From the NCBI GenBank assembly GCA_965205335.1, contig OZ242164.1, positions 1,056,001-1,120,000 of the forward strand: a stretch of DNA of 64,000 nucleotides, read 5' to 3'. The translations under genes were made by a program, and so were the position numbers. The notes below the pieces were generated by a model. That model searched no databases. It had not been told where the DNA came from and worked only from the letters and a program-made list of their open reading frames with translations. The stretch comes from Candidatus Woesearchaeota archaeon. Lineage in GTDB: Archaea; Nanobdellota; Nanobdellia; Woesearchaeales; UBA583. Shown piece by piece: positions 58,314 through 64,000 of the stretch; within the stretch, counting starts at the first letter, position 1, and every line of letters starts with the position of its first letter.

Positions 58314-58652
58314 ATGGCAAAGAGTAAAATTGTTAATGTGGTAACTCTTGATGATTTTGAGAGAGAAGTTAAGAAGGCTAATGGGCTTGTAGTGGTTGAT
58401 TTCTGGGCCTCTTGGTGTGGCCCTTGTAAGGTGCTAACGCCTGTTTATGAAGCGTTATCAGAGGATGAAGAGTTTTCAGATGTTAAGTTTGTTAAGGTGG
58501 AGGCTGATGAGGCTGAAGAGGTTTGTGCTAATAATGGTATTTCTGCTCTTCCTACTTTGAAGATTTTTAAGGGAGGAGATGTTGTTTCCCAGAAGGTTGG
58601 AGCTTTGAGTAAATCAGAATTGAAAAGTTTTATTAATTCTGTAAAAGGCTGA
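58314..58652 (+). CDS. trxA: thioredoxin
   Basis: VDFWASWCGPCK. Confidence 0.95.
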   Translation: MAKSKIVNVVTLDDFEREVKKANGLVVVDFWASWCGPCKVLTPVYEALSEDEEFSDVKFVKVEADEAEEVCANNGISALPTLKIFKGGDVVSQKVGALSKSELKSFINSVKG

Positions 58653-58656
58653 GCAG

Positions 58657-59331
58657 ATGTATAAAGTCATCGGAATTGATGAGGCAGGAAAGGGACCTGT
58701 TTTAGGTTCAATGTTCATTGGTTTTTCTATTGTTAGTCTTAAGAGTTTAAAGAATTTGAATTCTTATCAGAAAATGCTTAAGGATATGGGAGTTCGTGAT
58801 TCTAAGGAGTTAGCCCCGTTAAAGAGGAATCAGATTTATAATAAACTTAAGTCTGATATGAATATGAAGTATTCTCAATTAACTCCTGTTTTAATTGATA
58901 GAAATCATGCTCGGGGTGGAAAGTTAAATGAACTTGAAATTCGTTCTATTGTGAAAATTTTAGAGGATGAAAAACCTCAACTTGTAATTATTGACGCTTT
59001 AACTTCAAATCCTCAGAAGTTTGGAGATGAGATTTTAAGAAGATTGTCTTTTGAGTGCAAGATTATTTCAGAGAATAAGGCTGATAAGAAATATGAAATG
59101 GTAGGAGCGGCAAGTATTATTGCAAAGGAACTTCGCGAGCAGGAGTTATCTCAGATTAGAAAGAATGTCAAGTTTGATTGTGGCAGTGGGTATCCAAGCG
59201 ATCCTAAGACAATAGAGTTTCTAAAGAAATATTATAATAGTTGTGAGTTTGGTTTTATTTTCAGAAAGTGCTGGGATACTTATAAGAAGGTTGTAAATGA
59301 GAAGGAGCAAAAATCTTTAAGTGATTTTTAG
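58657..59331 (+). CDS. rnhB: ribonuclease HII
   Basis: GIDEAG.GPVLG, DSK, KAD..Y..V.AASIIAK, GSGYPSDP, PIP box QKSLSDF. Confidence 0.96.
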   Translation: MYKVIGIDEAGKGPVLGSMFIGFSIVSLKSLKNLNSYQKMLKDMGVRDSKELAPLKRNQIYNKLKSDMNMKYSQLTPVLIDRNHARGGKLNELEIRSIVKILEDEKPQLVIIDALTSNPQKFGDEILRRLSFECKIISENKADKKYEMVGAASIIAKELREQELSQIRKNVKFDCGSGYPSDPKTIEFLKKYYNSCEFGFIFRKCWDTYKKVVNEKEQKSLSDF

Positions 59332-59364
59332 TTTTGGTTTGTTAGTTAAATAAAAATCTAGGAA

Positions 59365-60465
59365 TTAGAAATCATATAATACACTTCTGCTTATTTCTCC
59401 ATTGTCAATGTAGATTGAAAGTACGTTTGATTTGCCATCATTTAAACCAAATTCTTGAAGAGTGTCCTGTTCATCTCTGCTAAAGGATTTTTTTAAATGA
59501 AATTCATACTTGATTATAATATCCCTATCTGACCTAATCTTAAAAAACTTTTGACAATACTTATTTTTTAGCAGATCTCTTATCTTAGAATTGTTAATTC
59601 TTCCGTCAAATAAAACATCATGAACATCATAAATCTTGAATTCCTCATATTTATCATAGTAATCAATTGCGTATCCCCATAAACTCTTTATATTCTCCTT
59701 GAAATTGAGATTGTGTCTTGAGTTTATAAATTTTAGATTTTTTTCAACTTCTGATAAATCCCTAAAACCTGTATAATGAGTTGTTCTAACTAATTTTCCA
59801 TCTTTATAAGTAAAACCAATTGCATAATAAGAAATAATAGAGTTTATTGGGTTGTTCCTTATTAAATCAATAACTCTTAAGTCAACTTTTAGTTTGTTTA
59901 GAATTTTTATTATATTATTACAACTTTCTTTTGAATAGATGTAATAGTAAAATAAAAATCTATCACAATCCTCTTCTTTGGGAATAGTGATATTTGGAGA
60001 TATGAGTTTGTCAAGTTCATTTCTTAGTATTCTAAATGTGTCATATTTAGCCAAATGGGAATTCTCTTTTATTTTTTTCTTTTCATAAGATAATTTATTC
60101 CTATTTAATATCGGCTCTTTATTTAATTTTGAACAATAAATCAAATAATTGTCAAAACCTAAAATATTTTCAATTTCATCTTCAGAGAAGTCCTCAAAGA
60201 AAATAATAAATTTTGAACTCAGACTTGGATAGTTAGAAATAAGATATTTTTGGAAAATTCTATTACATAAATCATCTAGATTATCTTTCTTTATTATTGT
60301 AACCTCGAAGTTTTTAAAATACTCTAAATAATGAAAAATTAAGTGAATGTTTTTAGCTAACTGCTCATTTAATACTATTTTTACTTTTTTCTTGAAATTA
60401 AATTTTTTTAACTCTTCTATAACTCCTTTTTCATCCCATTTTCTAAGTTCATAGTAATCGCTCAT
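59365..60465 (-). CDS. hypothetical protein (possible aromatic prenyltransferase-like beta repeats in C-terminal half)
   Basis: 366-aa ORF with host-like composition; fold is inference only. Confidence 0.6.
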   Translation of the reverse strand: MSDYYELRKWDEKGVIEELKKFNFKKKVKIVLNEQLAKNIHLIFHYLEYFKNFEVTIIKKDNLDDLCNRIFQKYLISNYPSLSSKFIIFFEDFSEDEIENILGFDNYLIYCSKLNKEPILNRNKLSYEKKKIKENSHLAKYDTFRILRNELDKLISPNITIPKEEDCDRFLFYYYIYSKESCNNIIKILNKLKVDLRVIDLIRNNPINSIISYYAIGFTYKDGKLVRTTHYTGFRDLSEVEKNLKFINSRHNLNFKENIKSLWGYAIDYYDKYEEFKIYDVHDVLFDGRINNSKIRDLLKNKYCQKFFKIRSDRDIIIKYEFHLKKSFSRDEQDTLQEFGLNDGKSNVLSIYIDNGEISRSVLYDF

Positions 60466-60584
60466 TTTTAAATCCTTATTATTTAAGTCACAAAGAATAT
60501 TTATATACTTTTAAGTATAAGTATTTTTTATATGTTTTTATTTGTTTCTGATAGATTCTTATTTATTATCATAATGATAAATAT

Positions 60585-60863
60585 AAAATTAAAACTTATT
60601 TTCATCTGTTTCATATGGGGAAAAAGATAAACCAATAAAATCATATGGAGCAGGAATAATTTCCATGAATGTCTGGGAGAATGTTAAGTTTGATTGCGGC
60701 AGTGAGTATCCAACCGATTCTAAGATAACAGAGTTTCTAAAGAAATATTATAATAGTTATTAATTTGGTTTTATTTTGAGAAAGTGTGGAGATACATATA
60801 AGAAAGTTGCAAATAATAGAAACAAAGTCCCTTAAGTGATTTTTAGGTTTCAGTTTGTTAGTT
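60585..60863 (+). pseudogene. chimeric relic: 5' part of the PC4-like gene fused to the 3' end of rnhB
   Basis: 60585-60682 resembles 62214-62307; 60678-60863 resembles 59162-59347; joined at AGAA microhomology. Confidence 0.88.
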
Positions 60864-60959
60864 TGAAATAGAAGTTCTATTATGGAATTTTCTTTTATAG
60901 TTCATTTTTTAGTAAAGTAGTAACTAAATTATAAAAGTAAGAATTCTTTATGGTAGATT

Positions 60960-61415
60960 ATGGTTAAGAAAAGTCTTCCCAAAGTTAAGAAATCTCTTAA
61001 GTCATTTATTCTTGAGGAAGACGCTAAAGTGATAGATAAATCAATGGTCAAGATTGCTGTAGTTACTTCTTTTGCAGGGATTATGATTATTGATTCAATA
61101 GATGATGCAAACGCTTTGTTTAGTGATAAATATGATAAACATTGTCATAATAATGAACTAAACGTGATTTCCAATAAAACAAATATTCAGGGGATAAACC
61201 CAAATGATGCTAAATCTGGAGGATTGACAGGAAAATCAATCACAACTGTTCATGGAAATCACTTCAACCACGCAAATGGTAAAGTGTACAATTGGTGGGG
61301 GAGTGATGTACCAGATTGTGAAGTTCGTCTCAATATTGACGATTATAGGATGAGTACTCCAGAATTAGATCTTGAAAACAAGTATAATCCTGAATCAGAT
61401 GGAGATCAAGAATAA
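60960..61415 (+). CDS. His-Xaa-Asn repeat protein, putative RiPP precursor (HxsA-like)
   Basis: Leader LPKVKKSLKSFILEED.K, hydrophobic stretch, HCHNN and HGNHFNHAN. Confidence 0.6.
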   Translation: MVKKSLPKVKKSLKSFILEEDAKVIDKSMVKIAVVTSFAGIMIIDSIDDANALFSDKYDKHCHNNELNVISNKTNIQGINPNDAKSGGLTGKSITTVHGNHFNHANGKVYNWWGSDVPDCEVRLNIDDYRMSTPELDLENKYNPESDGDQE

Positions 61416-61724
61416 ATTTACCAAAGTCACTAGAAATTTGAAGAATTAAGAATTTCAACAATAGGATTAGTCTATAGTATAAAAAGATTATATTCAATTG
61501 AGAAAACTCTACTTTCTGATATACATAAGTCTTGCATACTCTTGTAATGGATTAATTCTATAAACTAATACTCTATGTATATAACATCTCCGTAATTTTC
61601 ATAATCATTATTTTTGTCTTCTCTTAATAGTTCTTTATATTGTTTATATCTGTAATCAGTTTTACATGAAGACTTTTTACTGTCTTTTTTCTTAGTTTAA
61701 ATTTGCAAAGTGCCTTGCTCCACT

Positions 61725-62126
61725 TTATAGGTTTTCAAGATATAATATTCTATCCCTTGCAATTTTAGTACTGTATGCAATTTCAAAATTAGAGGTTTTT
61801 ATGTTCTCTAAAAATGGAATGTCTTTATTTGAACTTATTGTTCCAAGTGAAATTAAACATTCGTGTTTGACAATTATTGATTTGTCGTTTTCAAATGTCT
61901 TTTTTATTAAGTTTATTGATTTTCTGCATGAGCCCATTTCCCCAATAGCAAATATTGCCTCATAACGGACAAGTTCGCAAGGTTCATTTTGAATAGTATT
62001 ATATAAAATGTTTAAGGATTTCAAATCTCCGATGTTCATTAGTTCAAAAATTGAAGCTATTTTAAGATAGGAGGGACTGTTTTTATCATTTATTATTTTA
62101 ATATGATAATTAAAATCCTTAGTCAT
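61725..62126 (-). CDS. HEAT/PBS-lyase repeat protein
   Basis: ELVRYEAIFAIGEM and IIVKHECLISLGTI repeats. Confidence 0.75.
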   Translation of the reverse strand: MTKDFNYHIKIINDKNSPSYLKIASIFELMNIGDLKSLNILYNTIQNEPCELVRYEAIFAIGEMGSCRKSINLIKKTFENDKSIIVKHECLISLGTISSNKDIPFLENIKTSNFEIAYSTKIARDRILYLENL

Positions 62127-62243
62127 AAATTTAAATAATCAAATCCAAGTTAAAAATGTTGTTCTGTGTTTTAAAAAAAATTTAGGAATATGAAAAAAGT
62201 TTTTAATAAATATTAAATTAAAATCTGTCTTCATGTGTTTTAC

Positions 62244-62470
62244 ATGGAAAAAATAAACCAATAAAATCATATAGAGCAGGAGTAATCTCCCTAAATGTCT
62301 GGGAGAACGAATATGGCGAGGAAAAGATTAAATCATATTCATTTCAGAGATCATATAGGGATAAATCAGATAAGTGGCAACAAACACAAAGTCTAAGGTT
62401 ATCAGATCTTCCCAAGTTAATGGTTCTTTTAGAGGAAGCATATAAGGAACAGATAATTTCTGAGAATTAA
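62244..62470 (+). CDS. small PC4/whirly-like ssDNA-binding-type protein, 1-nt frameshift just after ATG (missed by ORF track)
   Basis: NKPIKSYRAGVISLNVWEN...SFQRSYRDKSDKWQQTQSLRLSDLPKL...EAY. Confidence 0.7.
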
Positions 62471-62483
62471 ATTTGGAGAAATA

Positions 62484-62555
62484 AGCGCCTAGCGCGATTT
62501 GAACACGCGACCTGCGGTTTACAAGACCGCCGCTCTACCACTGAGCTATAGACGC
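62484..62555 (-). tRNA. tRNA-Thr(TGT)
   Basis: GCGTCTA/TAGGCGC, GCGGT-CT TGT AA-ACCGC, TTCAAAT. Confidence 0.94.
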
Positions 62556-62654
62556 ATAATAGAAATAGTGCAGTTTTCTTTAAAAATATTTTCATAATGC
62601 CGACTTTGTATAACAAGCAATTTCCGTATGAACAATAATAATTATAAGGAGTAA

Positions 62655-62948
62655 TTAATTAAACTTTTCTTTAATTTTTTGTTCAAGTTCTTCTTTTGGT
62701 TCATTCACATTAATATTAATTTGAGTATTATTAATTATTATTGTCGTGTTTGACTCTTGCTTTTGTTTTAAATATAGTCTAATGGCAAGAGTAAGTCCTA
62801 TAACTATTTCTATTGTTAAATTAATATCTATATCAAAAGAAATATTAAAGCCAAGACTTTCCCTAAGTCTTATTTTAAAAGGCACATCCTTATCTTTTAG
62901 ATAATCCTGAATTGTACCCTTGTTTTGAGTATTACATTTGATTTCCAT
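62655..62948 (-). CDS. hypothetical protein
   Basis: 97-aa ORF with upstream TTTAAATA. Confidence 0.5.
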   Translation of the reverse strand: MEIKCNTQNKGTIQDYLKDKDVPFKIRLRESLGFNISFDIDINLTIEIVIGLTLAIRLYLKQKQESNTTIIINNTQININVNEPKEELEQKIKEKFN

Positions 62949-63007
62949 AAAATAAAGATAAAACTTCTACTATTTAAATATATTTAAAATTAAGTTCAAA
63001 TAAAATA

Positions 63008-63499
63008 TCATTTCTTCTTTTTGTATTTTCTAAATGTGAAATCTTCAAATTCTTTTTCTTCAATTATTTTGTAATTGTCTTTGTTGAATTTGGGAAAATA
63101 AATGTCTCCTTCATAGTTTTTTTTGACGTGGGAGATGTATAAGTAAGTTGCATTGTCAATCATCTGCTCATATATTTTAGAGCCTCCAATTACAAAGATT
63201 TCTCCTTTATATTTTTTAGCTTCTTTTAGGGCATTATCAATGCTTGGGCATACAATTCCTCCCTCTGCTTTGTAATTTAAATCCCTCGTTAAAATGATAT
63301 TTGTTCTGTTTGGAAGGGGTCTGAATTTTTTAGGGAGGGACTCCCAAGTTACTCTTCCCATTATAACAACATTATTCATTGTTGCTTTTTTGAATAGTTT
63401 AAAATCTTCAGGCATGTACCACAGAATTTTCGCCCCATCACCAATTACATAATTTTTGGAAATTGCGGCAATAACACTATATTCAACCATAGAATTCAT
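63008..63499 (-). CDS. folA: dihydrofolate reductase
   Basis: IAA...N.VIG, W..PEDF..FK, IMGR.TWES, RPLPNR.NI, VIGG..IY, GD.YFP. Confidence 0.95.
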   Translation of the reverse strand: MNSMVEYSVIAAISKNYVIGDGAKILWYMPEDFKLFKKATMNNVVIMGRVTWESLPKKFRPLPNRTNIILTRDLNYKAEGGIVCPSIDNALKEAKKYKGEIFVIGGSKIYEQMIDNATYLYISHVKKNYEGDIYFPKFNKDNYKIIEEKEFEDFTFRKYKKKK

Positions 63500-63528
63500 C
63501 TAAATAAATTTCTTTATAATATTTCTTA

Positions 63529-64000
63529 TTACGTTTTAGGAATAATTTTAAAAACAGCTAATTCGTTAGAAGTTCCAAGTCTCATTTTAGGTCCCCAAAG
63601 TCCAACACCATCTGATGTGTATAGGATAAACTCATCAATTTTAACTAAACCTGATGGGTAGTCAAAAAATAGTTTGAGCATTAGAGTATATGGGAAAATC
63701 TGCCCTCCATGTGTATGCCCTGTAATCATTATATCAACCCCTGAATTTTTAGCGGTTAAGACTTCTGAGGGTTTGTGGTATAAGAGTAAATTAAGTTTTT
63801 GAGAATCTATTAATTGAGGGTTTTTGTTTAGGATAGTTTCTAAGTGATTGTTATAATTTGAGTCATCAGCTCCAAGTAAATTTATTTCTTCAAATGCATG
63901 GCTTTTATTTCTAAGTACTATATAATGTCTGTTTGTGATATCTAATATTTTGTCGTAATCATGATAGAATTCATGATTTCCCAAAGTGAAATATACTGGT
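63529..64000 (-). CDS. metallophosphoesterase (5' end outside window)
   Basis: GNHE, LL.HKP, GHTHGGQIFP, G.WGP.MRLGT. Confidence 0.9.
   Translation of the reverse strand, partial: PVYFTLGNHEFYHDYDKILDITNRHYIVLRNKSHAFEEINLLGADDSNYNNHLETILNKNPQLIDSQKLNLLLYHKPSEVLTAKNSGVDIMITGHTHGGQIFPYTLMLKLFFDYPSGLVKIDEFILYTSDGVGLWGPKMRLGTSNELAVFKIIPKT

Noticed and set aside
60585-60863. Diversity-generating retroelement template repeat for rnhB
   Set aside because: No reverse transcriptase in the window; mismatches are not adenine-specific and include indels.
61725-62126. Deoxyhypusine hydroxylase
   Set aside because: About half the expected length with only one intact HE motif; kept as generic HEAT repeat.

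Overview
AT-rich chromosomal window from a DPANN archaeon, most likely Woesearchaeota/Nanobdellota. Evidence: archaeal r-protein cluster with L19e/L32e/S4e/Rpp29/SUI1, S14 with a long N-terminal extension, split RpoB''/B' and RpoA'/A'', class I LysRS, class III signal-peptide pilins, and a BHB intron in tRNA-Tyr. Core content: L3-L30 ribosomal operon (minus), S15-S3Ae-RpoL, a tRNA-Tyr/Asp/Lys cluster followed by rpoH-B''-B'-A'-A'', a Tad/type IV pilus locus, six tRNA genes, pgi, aIF1A, FKBP, NreA, GrpE, GINS, thioredoxin, RNase HII and DHFR. Accessory content: two IS481-like elements with 15-16 bp target duplications (one splits a 10-aa-repeat gene and supplies an in-frame ATG), a GC-rich type II glutamine synthetase, several TA modules and gene remnants. 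Two loci stand out. (1) An AbiEi/AbiEii module lies between 61-bp direct repeats so that the nucleotidyltransferase toxin is fused in frame to lysyl-tRNA synthetase. (2) A variable locus between rnhB and a PC4-like gene contains diverged duplicates of both flanks and carries a His-Xaa-Asn RiPP-precursor-like gene plus an unknown enzyme-like gene. Several single-base frameshifts in homopolymers (e.g. rpl29) suggest some indel error. All family calls come from motif recognition by eye; no database searches were run.
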